NCBI GenBank assembly: GCA_046290225.1
Contig: JBKAGE010000037.1
Span: forward strand, 349,449 to 413,448
Direction of reading: 5' to 3'
DNA from: Bradymonadia bacterium
GTDB lineage: Bacteria > Myxococcota_A > Bradymonadia > UBA7976 > UBA1532
Length of the DNA stretch: 64,000 bases
This document shows positions 38,762-50,500 of the stretch, in pieces (position 1 is the stretch's first letter; each line of letters starts with the position of its first letter). The notes under the pieces are model-generated. The model was not told where the DNA came from, made no database searches, and worked only from the letters and a program-made list of their open reading frames with translations. The position numbers and the translations under genes are program-made.

Positions 38762-40876
38762 CCCTTCGTCTTTCAAGGGCAACACGCCATCAAAACCCTC
38801 TCCGCCATCGACGAGGGTACCGTCGGGGGCCACCTCGATGAAGGTGGGGGTGCTGAGCACTTGAAACTGCTCGAAGGTGGCGCCGCTCGGATCCACCGAC
38901 ACCGGAAACCCCGGCCATTGAGGAAACCGCTTCAGGAACCCGGAGACTGTCTCAGGCGGCTCCTGGGCGATGGCCCACACCACAGCGTCATGCTCACGGG
39001 CCCAGGCCTGCAAGGTGGGCAGGGCCGCTTTGCATGGTCGACACCACGTGGCCCAGAAAAAGAGCATCACCCGACGACCCTGGCCCAGCTCGGGTGGTGT
39101 GCCTTGGACTGATGTGGTGATCAACTCGGGCACCTGGTCGCCCACGGCGAGGAGGGGCGGAGGCAGAGGCGCCACTGTGGGCGTCAACGATACTTCGAGG
39201 CGCGTGCCGTCACGCTCGAGACCCACCTGAAGCGGCACCCCTGGGGGCTGGAGCATCAAAGGCAACAGGAAGCTCTCGGGGTATTTCAGGGGCGCGCCGC
39301 CGAGGGCGAGGATGATGTCCCCTGTGCGCATGCCCGCGCGCTGCCCAGGGCCGTCGGGGTCGAGCCCCTGAATCACCAACGCTGCTGGGGCTTCGGGGTG
39401 AGGCTTCCGGTCGAAACGCACACCTGCAAAGGCAGGGCGTAGTCTGTCGACGCGCTGCCTCAAGGTTTCGAAGGGCACAGGGGGGTTCCGTGTCTTTGAC
39501 GCCGGGTTTGGGTTGGGTACAGCACGTGGTGACCACAGCGGCGACGACTCACACTGACGCAGCCGCTCGAAATCACGCCGCTCAGCGTCGCTCAAGTGCG
39601 TCAAGCCGGCATCCCGGGCCATCAAATAGGCCACCCGCAAAGCCGCAGCCTCTTGTTGCTCGATGTGCATCCACAGCGCGTCGGCCTCTTTCAAGCGCGT
39701 GTGCACGATGCGCGCAGATCTCCAACGTTCCGGTGTGGCCTTGAGAGTCTTCTGCGCCAGGGCCACTGCGCCCCGACGCAGAGATCTGAGCTGGTCTCGC
39801 CGGGCGCCACGCTTCACACCACCGAGAAACCGCGTAGACCACGGCGCCACAGCATCGTCTTGCACCATGGTCAGCGGCTCTTGCCAACGATCTCGCCAGG
39901 TCAGCAGCGCGTCACGCATGTTGGCGAGCGCGTCCAAGCGCTCGGAGAGCGCAGCATAGGTGGGCAGCGGACCAAGGCCGTACGCCCTGGAGACCTCTTC
40001 GATCAGCGCTGTCGAGGGTGCCGGCTCACTGCGGTTCTGATCAACGAAGGTGGCCAGGGGCACCCCCGTTTGCTCAGAGGTTCGGGCCAGATGCCTCCAC
40101 AACAATGCGTCGCTGGTCAGATGGGGCACATCAGGGGTGTCGTCGAGGACGAGAGCGGCGTCGCTCGCCGCTGCGAGAGAGCCGGAGCCTTCCAGACCAT
40201 CGAGCAAACGCATGAAGTGGCCGATGTCGTCTTGCGTGGCCAGATCAGGGTAGCAGCCATACGCCACCCGCTCCGCTGTGGTGCTGAAGGCACCACAGAC
40301 GTTGGGCAACGACTCAGGCAACGCGTCGAAGCCCCCGGAGAAACACTGGCTCATCCACATGACCACCCGACCGGCCTTCGAGAGCGATGCCAAATCTTCA
40401 GCGGCGTGGGCCACCGTCCAGCGCTCTCCCCACAGGCTCACGGCAGTGTTGCCCGCGTAGGTTTCGTCGGGCACACCATGATCAGTCACCGCCAAGAGCA
40501 CCGTGTCGTCTGGACTGAGCGTCGGGCCCAGGGTGGAGGCCCAACGCTGAATCGACGCCCTGCTCGCGGTGTGCAGCGTGAACCCCTTCAGCGTAGTGTT
40601 CTCGATCTCCAGAGGAATCTGGGTGGGCGCGTCGACGGCGCTGCCCTCGATGATCCATGCGCCCTTTACATCAGGGCGACGCCTCACAGCACGATCTGGC
40701 TTTGGATCTTCGCCATCGGCCCAGAACACGGTGATGTCCTCTGGTGAGACGCCACGCTCCACCAGGGCCTCTGTCAACTGTCTTACATGGGTGAGATGAG
40801 AGTTGTAATTGCTCTCGGGGGTGTCGCCGCCGGCGATCACCGCCACCTTCAACGCGGCGAGGATCAACAGGCTCAC
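38735..40876 (-). CDS. Caspase-like (clan CD) peptidase + PDZ + TlpA-type thioredoxin fusion
   Basis: GTG 40876 after GGAGGAG; TDHG and SQCFSGGF dyad; GPGQRAGMRTGDIILAL (PDZ); FWATWCRPC. Confidence 0.78.
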   Translation of the reverse strand: MSLLILAALKVAVIAGGDTPESNYNSHLTHVRQLTEALVERGVSPEDITVFWADGEDPKPDRAVRRRPDVKGAWIIEGSAVDAPTQIPLEIENTTLKGFTLHTASRASIQRWASTLGPTLSPDDTVLLAVTDHGVPDETYAGNTAVSLWGERWTVAHAAEDLASLSKAGRVVMWMSQCFSGGFDALPESLPNVCGAFSTTAERVAYGCYPDLATQDDIGHFMRLLDGLEGSGSLAAASDAALVLDDTPDVPHLTSDALLWRHLARTSEQTGVPLATFVDQNRSEPAPSTALIEEVSRAYGLGPLPTYAALSERLDALANMRDALLTWRDRWQEPLTMVQDDAVAPWSTRFLGGVKRGARRDQLRSLRRGAVALAQKTLKATPERWRSARIVHTRLKEADALWMHIEQQEAAALRVAYLMARDAGLTHLSDAERRDFERLRQCESSPLWSPRAVPNPNPASKTRNPPVPFETLRQRVDRLRPAFAGVRFDRKPHPEAPAALVIQGLDPDGPGQRAGMRTGDIILALGGAPLKYPESFLLPLMLQPPGVPLQVGLERDGTRLEVSLTPTVAPLPPPLLAVGDQVPELITTSVQGTPPELGQGRRVMLFFWATWCRPCKAALPTLQAWAREHDAVVWAIAQEPPETVSGFLKRFPQWPGFPVSVDPSGATFEQFQVLSTPTFIEVAPDGTLVDGGEGFDGVLPLKDEGSERGGLAP

Positions 40877-41072
40877 ACGCACTCCTCCGGCCGTGTACTC
40901 CACCGCAGTGTGTTCGGCCGCTTGAACGGCCATCGAGGCGTGCTCCCCGAGGCCTCGAAGACTCCAGGGCAGTGTAGCAGAGAGATCACCTCAAGGCACC
41001 ACAGCGGCAAGCCGTTGAAAACAGGTAAAGATCTGCAAAGTACTTTCATTTCATCGCCAGCACGGCGCATAT

Positions 41073-41128
41073 TGAATGAGCATTCACTCATTTTCGTGCG
41101 ACCTTGGCAGTGAATGAGTGCTCATTCA
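41073..41128. promoter_or_regulatory. Two palindromic operator boxes resembling the TetR-family FadR(YsiA) box
   Basis: TGAATGAGCATTCACTCA (41073-41090) and perfect TGAATGAG-TG-CTCATTCA (41111-41128), upstream of the acyl-CoA dehydrogenase. Confidence 0.75.
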
Positions 41129-41184
41129 AAGCAGACACAGAATCCCCACGAGGGTGACACCAGACAGGCGGAACGAGACCTCAC

Positions 41185-42951
41185 ATGCAGATTTACAAAG
41201 CCCCCCTCGACGATATGAAGTTTGCCCTCGAGACCATCGATTACGAAGGTCGAGTGGCCAGCCTCAAGGCCTTCGCGGACTTCGATCTCCTCACCTCGAT
41301 GAGCATCCTCGAAGAGGGCGGTAAGTTCTGCGCCAACGAGCTGCTCCCCCTCAACCGCATCGGCGATCAGCAGGGCGTCTCCTTCGATCCCGAGACCGGT
41401 GAGGTCACCACCCCCGAGGGCTTCAAGAAGCTCTACAAGAAGTACGTCGACAACGGCTACGCTGGCATCGCCATGCCCACGGCCCACGGCGGCGGCGGCG
41501 CCCCCCACTCCATCGCCAACCTGCTCGGCGAGATGGTGACGGGCACCAACAAGAGCTTCGCCATGTGCCCTGGCCTCACCCACGGCCTCGTGGAGGCCCT
41601 CGACGCCCACGGCACCGATGAGCAGAAGAAGTACTTCCTGCCCAAGCTGGTGAGCGGCGAGTGGACGGGCACCATGTGCCTCACCGAGCCCCAGTGCGGT
41701 ACCGATCTGGGCCTGCTCACCACCCGGGCCACCCCCGAGGGTGATCACTACCGCCTCACCGGCACCAAGATCTGGATCACCTTCGGCGAGCACAGCATGT
41801 CGGAGAACATCATCCACCTGGTGCTCGCTCGCCTGCCCGACGCCCCTCCCGGCATCAAGGGCATCAGCGTCTTCGTGGTGCCCAAGTTCCTCGAGGACGG
41901 CTCGAAGAACGGCGTGGCTTGTGGCGGCCTCGAGCACAAGATGGGCATCCATGCTTCGCCCACCTGCGTAATCAACATGGAAGACGCCGTGGGCTACCTC
42001 GTGGGCGAGCCCCACAAGGGCATGCGCTCGATGTTCACCATGATGAACGCCGCCCGCCTCCAGGTGGGGATGGAGGGCGTGGCCCTCGGCGAGATCGCCT
42101 ACCAGACGGCCCTGGAGTTCGCCAAGGACCGCCGCCAGATGCGCTCCCTCGATCCGTCGAAGCGCGACAAGAACGCCAAGGCCGACAACATCATGGTGCA
42201 CCCCGACGTGCGCCGCATGCTGCTCAACGTGAAGGTGACCACCGAGGCCCTGCGCCACCTGGGCACCTGGACGGCGGCGAACATCGACATCAGCCACCAC
42301 CACGAGGACGAGGCTGTCCGGGCCCGCTGCGAAGATCTGGTGGCCCTGATGACCCCGATCTTCAAGAGCTACGGCACCGAGCGCGGCTTCGACAACGTCT
42401 CCGAGGCGATGCAGGTCCTCGGCGGCTCGGGCTACACCACGGACTGGTCCATCGAGCAGTACCTCCGCGACATGCGCATCGGCATGATCTACGAGGGCAC
42501 CAACCACATCCAGGCCCTCGACCTGGTGGGCCGCAAGCTGCCCATCGACAACGGCCGCCTGTTCCGCGTGTTCCAAGAGGAGGTCTCTGCCCTCATCGGT
42601 GAGAGCAAGGCTGTGGACGGCATGGAAGAGTTCGTCACGCCCCTGAAGGCCGCCTCGAAGAAGCTCGTCGAGCTCACGATGAACCTGGGCATGAAGGGTA
42701 TGCAGGATCCCGAGGAGGCCGGCGCCGCGGCGTCGAACTACCTCAACATCTTCGCCCTCACGGCCCTGGGCTTCGCTTGGTGCCAGCAGGCGAAGTACGC
42801 TCTGGAGCACCCCGAGAACAAGCTCTCGGCGACGAAGCTCAAGAGCGCCCGCTACTACATGGCGATGATCCTGCCCGAGTACCACTCCCTCGCCGCCATC
42901 ATGGATGCTGGCAAGCAGCACATGATGGACTTCGACGTCGAAGAGTTCTAA
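41185..42951 (+). CDS. Acyl-CoA dehydrogenase (long form with C-terminal domain)
   Basis: GTMCLTEPQCGTDLG, GTKIWIT, EHKMGIHASPTC, IYEGTNHIQALDL. Confidence 0.95.
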   Translation: MQIYKAPLDDMKFALETIDYEGRVASLKAFADFDLLTSMSILEEGGKFCANELLPLNRIGDQQGVSFDPETGEVTTPEGFKKLYKKYVDNGYAGIAMPTAHGGGGAPHSIANLLGEMVTGTNKSFAMCPGLTHGLVEALDAHGTDEQKKYFLPKLVSGEWTGTMCLTEPQCGTDLGLLTTRATPEGDHYRLTGTKIWITFGEHSMSENIIHLVLARLPDAPPGIKGISVFVVPKFLEDGSKNGVACGGLEHKMGIHASPTCVINMEDAVGYLVGEPHKGMRSMFTMMNAARLQVGMEGVALGEIAYQTALEFAKDRRQMRSLDPSKRDKNAKADNIMVHPDVRRMLLNVKVTTEALRHLGTWTAANIDISHHHEDEAVRARCEDLVALMTPIFKSYGTERGFDNVSEAMQVLGGSGYTTDWSIEQYLRDMRIGMIYEGTNHIQALDLVGRKLPIDNGRLFRVFQEEVSALIGESKAVDGMEEFVTPLKAASKKLVELTMNLGMKGMQDPEEAGAAASNYLNIFALTALGFAWCQQAKYALEHPENKLSATKLKSARYYMAMILPEYHSLAAIMDAGKQHMMDFDVEEF

Positions 42952-42954
42952 TCA

Positions 42955-43386
42955 CTCCGGCGCTGCGGCGGCGTCAGCCGCCGTGACGCCGGCGATCTCC
43001 CGCCCAGCTGCGACCTTTCCGTCCTCGGGGTAGCGCTGGCAAACGCCTTCGCTACCCCTGCGGGTGAAAGCCCACATCTGGACGGGACCTCACCACCCTC
43101 GCGACGACTGCCGCCACCTCCGCGCCTCCGCAAGGCACGTGCACATATCCGCTCCAGCTTTGGATGACATGATGAGCACATCGTGTGGTGGCAGTCGGAG
43201 ACTTTTGCCGTCGTGAGGTTCGCAGGTTCGCGTGCAGGCGCCGTGAAAATTCGGGCGTCGTAGCCGGATGCCAGAAGAACAAAGGCCTCAACACTGCTCC
43301 CGTAGAAGTCGGAGAAATGTCGTGCACGTGCAGCGCGGAGCCGCAAACTCGTGGGCCTCACGACGGCTGACGCCGCCGTAGCGGAG
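42955..43386. repeat. Intergenic element bounded by 26-bp imperfect inverted repeats (REPIN/MITE-like)
   Basis: CGCTGCGGCGGCGTCAGCCGCCGTGA (42961-42986) vs TCACGACGGCTGACGCCGCCGTAGCG (43358-43383), 2 mismatches; internal hairpins. Confidence 0.7.
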
Positions 43387-43396
43387 GAGCAAAAGA

Positions 43397-44413
43397 CTAG
43401 AGAAGTTCAGGAATCGGGGTCTTGAACGACGGGATCGGATCACCAGAGCGGCTCGCCGACCAGCGGGCCGCCACGCAGACCGCTACATTGGCCACACCGT
43501 CTTCTCCCGGGTGATCCAGAGGCTGATCTTCAAGCACCGCCTGCGAGAAGTACTCCACCATGTGCAGATAGTGGTTCGCCCCGCCTACCTGAACGCGCTC
43601 CACGCTGCCGAAGCGGCGGAGGATGATGTCCACCGGATCGAAGTGGGTCACGAAGGGACGCTCGAGATAAATCTCACCATCCGTACCCACGATGTGCACT
43701 GATTGACCGCCGAAACCTTCGAAGCTGCCCCAGGCGCCGGCGTGGCCACCTTCAGGGAAGGTCATGATCACCCGAGAGCTGCGATCAGTGCCGCGCTCGT
43801 CCCAGTCGGCCACCGCCTGCACCGAGGTCGGCTCCGCGTCGAAGACCAGGCGCGCCACGTTGATGCCATAACAGGTCACGTCGAAGAGGGCCCCACCGCC
43901 GAGGTCGGGATCCCAGCGGTGATCTTCAGCGCCCACGTGCCCCGAGAGGCGAGCATCTACAGAGATGATGTGGCCCAGGTGCCCATTGCGCACCAGATCC
44001 TCCACCTTCGCCCATTGGGGGTGGTGGCGGTACATGAAGGCCTCCATCAGGTGCACACCTGACGACCAGCACGACCCGCGCATGCGTTTGGCATCTTCTA
44101 GATTGAGGGAGATGCTCTTTTCGCAGAGCACGTGCTTCCCTGCGGCGGCGGCTTTGCACACCCACTCGGCGTGCAGGCCATTGGGCACCGCGATGTACAC
44201 CGCGTCGACCTCTGGATCATCGAGCAATGACTCGTAATCACCATACGCCTTCGGGATCGACATGCGAGCGGCGAGGCGCTTGGCCCGTTTGGGATCACGC
44301 GAAGCCACCGCATAAGGCGTGGCGTTGATGGCGTGGTGCAGAGCTGGGATGACTGCAGACTGGGCGATTCGGCCCGGGCCGATGATCCCCCACCTCACTG
44401 TGGGCGTTTCCAT
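43397..44413 (-). CDS. Gfo/Idh/MocA-family oxidoreductase
   Basis: WGIIGPGRIA, VDAVYIAVPN..H, KHVLCEK, EAFMYRHHPQ, GGGALFD. Confidence 0.92.
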   Translation of the reverse strand: METPTVRWGIIGPGRIAQSAVIPALHHAINATPYAVASRDPKRAKRLAARMSIPKAYGDYESLLDDPEVDAVYIAVPNGLHAEWVCKAAAAGKHVLCEKSISLNLEDAKRMRGSCWSSGVHLMEAFMYRHHPQWAKVEDLVRNGHLGHIISVDARLSGHVGAEDHRWDPDLGGGALFDVTCYGINVARLVFDAEPTSVQAVADWDERGTDRSSRVIMTFPEGGHAGAWGSFEGFGGQSVHIVGTDGEIYLERPFVTHFDPVDIILRRFGSVERVQVGGANHYLHMVEYFSQAVLEDQPLDHPGEDGVANVAVCVAARWSASRSGDPIPSFKTPIPELL

Positions 44414-44553
44414 CAGAGACTCCATCACGGAGGGGCTGTGAGGATCATCTTCGCACGAACGCCCGCTCAACTTGAAAGTAATGGGCCCACCACAGGACAA
44501 AGATCTGTGACTTCGAGTACACTTGTGTACGTATTTTCGGCTTAGAGCACTTC

Positions 44554-47500
44554 ATGCGCTTACATTCGCTCTCACTCTTGTTTTTCTTTGCGTTCACGGG
44601 ACTTAGCTGTCCCACATCGGCACAATCGCTCTCCGGCGAAGTGATTGCGATCGATCCCCCCACGGGATCACGCATCGTTGTGGGTGACGTCATCGAATAT
44701 GGTGTTCAGTGGCGTTTTCCAGCAGGACAAATCGCCGGTGCAGTGGCCGAGGTTCAGCTCGCCCCTCAGCTCGCCCTTCAAAATGATCAGTTGCAGATCA
44801 TCGACAACCCGGCCCTCGACTACGGACGACCTCTACAGCCTGTGGTGAGCCCTGACGGTCAGAGCATCACGGCAGCCTTTGGTGACGTGTCCAACAACTC
44901 CGGGGCTGAGCAGATCCTGGAGATGCGTCTGAGCGCGGTGTTGCTCGACGTGCCTGCGAACGCCGATGGCGCCGCGATCTCGCTCGTGGCTGCGCAGAGC
45001 GGTGGTGGGGTGCCTTTCCCGATTCCACAACTCACCGTCGATGATCCCGAGATCAACGTGGCGGTGATCCCGGCACAGATCGAAGGCTCTGCAGATGCGG
45101 TGGTCGTGTTCGACGTCCTCGTCTCTCGCATCGAAGCCCCTGCTGATGATGCCGATGCCCATGATGTAACCCTGAGCGTCGCCCTCCCTCAGGGGCTGTC
45201 CAACCTGACCCTCTCGAGCCGCAGCGGCCCCGCACCGGACCTGGGCACTCAACTCGGGGCCGACAGCCTCAGCGCGGGCTGGTCGACATTCCCCCTCGGC
45301 GAAGCGACGGTCTTCACGCTCGAAGCCACCGTGGACAACCCCATCGTCGCCGGTGAAGTACGCACGCTCACAGCCGATGCCTCCTGGACCACGCAGGCAG
45401 GTGATCCTGGGGCATTGTCCGACTTCTCGGCCGAAGCCCGTGAGCGCACGTTGAGCGCCTCTGCCACGGGCTCGGTCTCTGTGGGTGACTACACCATCGT
45501 GGGGCAGCCCGTGGGCTCTGAGGCCCAAGGTGACAAGGTGGTGCCTGGTGAGCAGATCACCATCACCTTCGAAGTGACGCCCCCTGAAGGCTCTCAGGCG
45601 TCGACCTCCTTCACCTCTACGCTCGAGGGCCTCACGCCAGTGGCCGGGCGGGCCACGGTGCCACCTCCGTTGACTGTGACGGGCGATCTCGTCGCTGAAG
45701 TGATCGGCGACGAGGTGCGCTGGTCCTGGACAGACTTCGACAACCCGACTCGAGGGGGGGTCTCACCGACCATGACCTTCGAGATCGACGCCGTGGTGGA
45801 TGATCTCGAGGGCCAGACATTGCTCGCCCAGCGGGCCGTAACGCTGGCGTCCAATGTGGCCCAGGGCACCGCCGACGTCTTTGTCGCCCGCCCCTTTGTC
45901 ACCCTGAGCCCTGGCCAGATGCAGCCGGTGGACGGGCGGGACGAGATTCTGTTCTCGTGGGGTGTGCTCAACAATGGCCAGCGCCCCGCCTACAATGTTC
46001 AGCTGCAGGTGGATGCAGGCCCCGCGCTCAGCCAGGTCGGCGTGCTGGAAGGCACCTGCCTGCCAGACGGTGACGGCCGTCTGGCTGCCCCTCTCGACGC
46101 CCAGGGCTTCTGTACACTGGTGGCCCGCCTTCGGGTCGATGACGATGTGCCTGCAGGCAGCGCCCTCGACTTCAGCGCCTCGGTGAGCTGGTCCACCCTC
46201 TCGGAAACGCCCCCTGGGCTGACGGCCATGAACTCCACGGCCTCCACCGCCTCGGTGCCCGACCCGACGCTGGCCTTTGCCCTCTCTGGAGCAGAGCCCG
46301 AGACCGGGCTGGCCCCGGCCACCACCCTCGGACAGCGCCTGCTCTTCGACCATGTGATCGATGTGCCCGAAGGTATCAGCCCCTCGATGACCCTCGAGAT
46401 CATCGTGCCACCAGCCCTCGCCCTGGACTCGGTGGAGCTGATCGCCGGCGAATATCCCGGAGCATTGCCCCAAGGGGTGTTCCAAGGGCCAGGCGCGCCA
46501 GGTGCCGGCGTCACCCTCGACCTCGGCGACTTGCTCAACCCCGCCGACAACAACGCGGACAACGACACCTTCACCCTCAGGGCCATCGTGGTGCCCCAGG
46601 ATCTGCCCAATGTCGCCCAAGAAGGCCTGGTTCAGAGCATCTTGCGCATGGACGGCGAGGCCGTGGGCTCTGGCCAGCAGCTGACCACAGTGGTCCGGCC
46701 GGAGGCAGAGCTCGAACTGCTCACCAGCAACCCTTCGCCCCGAGAAGCGCAGCTGGTGCCGATTCAGATCACGGTGGAGAACTCTGGAGACGGATTGCTG
46801 TGTGATGCCCGTGTCGATCTGACATGGCCCTCAGGGTTCACCCTCACCGACGCCGAGGCAGACGGGATCATCGTCGACGGCCCCAATACAGGACACGTCG
46901 ATCTGACGGGCTGTATCGACCCGGACGAGGACGAAGACAAGGTGGTGCGCCTCACCGCTGATGCGGCGCTGCCGCCTGATCCGGTGCAGGTGGTGGCCAC
47001 GTTGCAGCGCTTCAATAGCCTGCCCGGCGGGCTCGGCATCGAGCTGACACCCGAGCTGAACACTCCGCTCGCCCTGACTCCCCAAGCCCCCCGCCTGAGC
47101 TTCGACGTCGAGGTGACCGACGACAATGGTGGCCTCGTGGAGCCCGGTGACCAGCTCACCTACCGCGTGACCGCCGAGAACACAGGCACAGGCACAGCCC
47201 TCAATACGCAGATCACTGCACCCCTTGACCCCGACACGGTCTTCGTCGAGGGCTCGGTGGTCAGCACGGGGGCCGCCTCTGCAGTTCAGGGTGAGCCCCC
47301 CGGGCTGCTGGCGTTGGTGGGCGGGATGGCCCCCGGTGAATCTGTCGACATCACGTTCGCGGTGCAGGTGATCTTCCCCCGCCCTCCAGGGACGGAGATC
47401 TCTCTGGTGGCTCGCCTGGACACCAACGATGGCTATGGAGGCCTGGAGGCTGTAGCGCCGGTGCTCACGGTGTCGGCCGATCAGGATCAAGATGGTGACG

Positions 47501-50500
47501 GCGTGCCCTCACCGCTGGATCCCGACGACGCTGATCCCGACTCGGATGACGATGGTCTCTGTGATGGCGCCTTCCCTGTGGAGGGTGTCTGTGTAGCAGG
47601 AGAAGATCTCGACGCTGATGGCGTGGTCGATCCCGGTGAGACGGATCCCAACAACCCCGACTCTGATGCTGATGGCCTCTCTGATGCGGTGGAGCGCCTC
47701 TCGCCCAGGCCCACGGACCCCAACCGCATCGACACTGACGATGATGGCCTCGACGACGCCCTCGAGGACGCCAATCGCAATGGCCTTACTGATCCAGGAG
47801 AGACTGATCCCACCCGTGCTGACACCGACGGTGGTGGGGTCAACGACGGTGCCGAGATCGGTGCAGGGACCGATCCCCTCGACCCTGCCGATGACGCCGT
47901 GGACACCGACGGTGACGGCCTGACCGATCAGCAAGAGCGCGCGCTGGGCACCCGCGTCGATCGCCCCGACACAGACAACGACGGCTTGCTCGACGGCGTG
48001 GAGGTCAATGGCAACAACCCCACTGATCCGCTGCTCTTCGATACGGACGATGATGGCCTCTCTGACGGCGAAGAAGACGCCAACCGCGACGGCGCCCTGT
48101 CACCGGGGGAAACCAACCCCAACACCTTCGACTCGGACTTCGGTGGTGATCCCGACGGGGTGGAAGTTGCTGCAGGGCAAGATCCCCTCGATCCAAACGA
48201 CGACGGCCCGGGTGATCCAGACGGTGATGGGCTGATCAACGCTCGGGAGCGTGCCCTCGGCACCCGCATCGACCTCGCAGACACCGATACAGATGGTCTG
48301 ACCGACGGCATCGAGGTCGATGGCGATAACCCCACCAATCCTCGGGTGGCCGATACGGATGGTGACGGCCTCGATGATGGTGAGGAGGACACTGACCGTG
48401 ATGGTGTCCGCGATGCAGACGAGACAGATCCGAACAACCCCGACACCGACGATGGCGGGGTGAACGACGGCGGCGAGGTGGCCCTGGGCACTGACCCTCT
48501 CGATCCAGATGATGACCCCCTCGACACAGATCGAGATGGTATCCCAGATAACCAGGAAGCAGAGCTGGGCACTGATCCGTTCCGACCAGACACGGACGCT
48601 GATGGCCTCTCAGATGCCTTGGAACTCTTCGGGGAGAACCCGACGAACCCTCGGGTGCGCGACACCGATGTCGACGGCATCAACGATGGGGTGGAAGACG
48701 CCAACCGCAACGGCCGTCTCGATCCCGGCGAGACGGATCCAGCACGGGCAGATACTGATGGTGGTGGTGCCTCTGATGGAGAGGAGAACCGCAATGGGAC
48801 TGATCCCCTCGACCCGAGCGACGACATCCCGCCCGACGCGGACGATGACGGCCTCACTGATGAGGAAGAGGCGGCCCTGGGGACTGATCCGAACAACCCC
48901 GACACAGATCAGGATGGGGTGCTCGACGGCGTAGAGGTCAACCGCGATCCGCCGCTGAATCCCCTCAATGCCGACACCGATGGCGACAATCTCTGTGATG
49001 GCTCGCTTCCGGTGCCTGGGGTGTGCTTCGAAGGCGAAGACATCGACGCTGACGGCCTCTACGGTGAGCTCGAGACCGACCCGACCCGGGCAGACACCGA
49101 CGGTGGTGGGGTGGATGATGGCCAGGAGCGCCTGGTGGCCGGTACCGATCCACTCGATGCTGCTGATGATCCTGGCGCAGACTTCGACGGTGACGGGGTG
49201 GAGAACCAGGCTGAGATCGCCGCGGGCACTGATCCCCGTAACCCCGACTCGGATGACGATGGTCTCTCCGATGGTGAAGAGCCTGACCTGGGCACGAACC
49301 CTCTCCTGGCAGACACTGATGAAGATGGCCTCAGCGATCTGATCGAGACACAGGACTTCTCGCGCACGGACCCCCTCGACCCCGACTCGGACGACGACGG
49401 CTTGCTCGATGGTCAGGAGGACGCCAACGGCAACGGGCTGGTGGATGCTGGGGAGACCGACCCCTCGCTGTTGGACTCTGACGGTGGCGGAGTGAGCGAC
49501 GGCCGAGAGGTGAACCGTGATGGCACCGATCCCCGTAACGGCGCCGATGACGGCACGGCAGACATCGACGAGGACGGCCTCACGGACGCAGAAGAAGCGC
49601 AGGTGGGCTCTGATCCAGATCGCCCCGACTCTGACGACGACGGACTGCTCGACGGCGCTGAGGTCGCCGCAGGGACTGACCCGCTCGACCCGGACTCTGA
49701 TGACGATGGTCTTTCCGACGCCATCGAACTTCAGCGTGATCCACCACTGGACCCGCTCGACGCCGACACCGACGACGATGGCCTCTGTGATGGCCAGCCA
49801 CCCGTCCCAGAGGCGGTGGAGTGCTCGGCGGGTGAAGATCTCAACGCTGACGGCCTTTTGGATCCGGGAGAGTCTGACCCGGCCCTCGCCGACACCGATG
49901 GTGGAGGCACCGACGATGGGGACGAGGTGCTCCGCGACGAGACAGATCCGCAAAACCCGGACGACGACACCGCCGGTGATGAAGACCAGGATGGCCTCGA
50001 CGCTGAGCAAGAAGCCGCAGCAGGCACTGATCCTCTCGACCCCGACTCTGACGACGACGGGCTGCTCGACGGCACCGAGGTCACCGCAGGGACTGACCCG
50101 CTCGACCCGGACTCTGACGACGATGGTCTCTCCGACGCCATCGAACTTCAGCGTGATCCACCACTGGACCCGCTCGACGCCGACACGGACGACGATGGCC
50201 TCTGTGATGGCCCCGGCGAGGCCTCGGAAGATGAAGACATCGACCCGTGTGTTGGGGCTGAAGACGCCAACGCCGATGGTGTGCTCGACGATGACGAGCC
50301 TGATCCATCTCAAGCAGATACGGATGGGGGCGGCATCAACGACGGCCTCGAGGTGATCCGCGACGCCACTGATCCACGCGTGGCAGAAGACGACGGTACG
50401 GGCGACCGGGACATGGACGGCCTCAACGATCAGCAGGAGGCGGCGCTGGGCACAGATCCGGCGAACCCCGACTCCGACGATGATGGCCTCGCGGATGGTG

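Noticed and set aside
41122..42921. 599-aa minus-strand ORF (also 31540-33168, 48610-50313, 50430-52016, 58014-59630)
   Set aside because: Antisense or alternate-frame shadows of well-supported genes, expected at high GC; no motifs
43052..43327. RAYT/Y1 transposase remnant (HHVIQ) inside the IR element
   Set aside because: Five-residue resemblance only; no HUH motif or catalytic Tyr region
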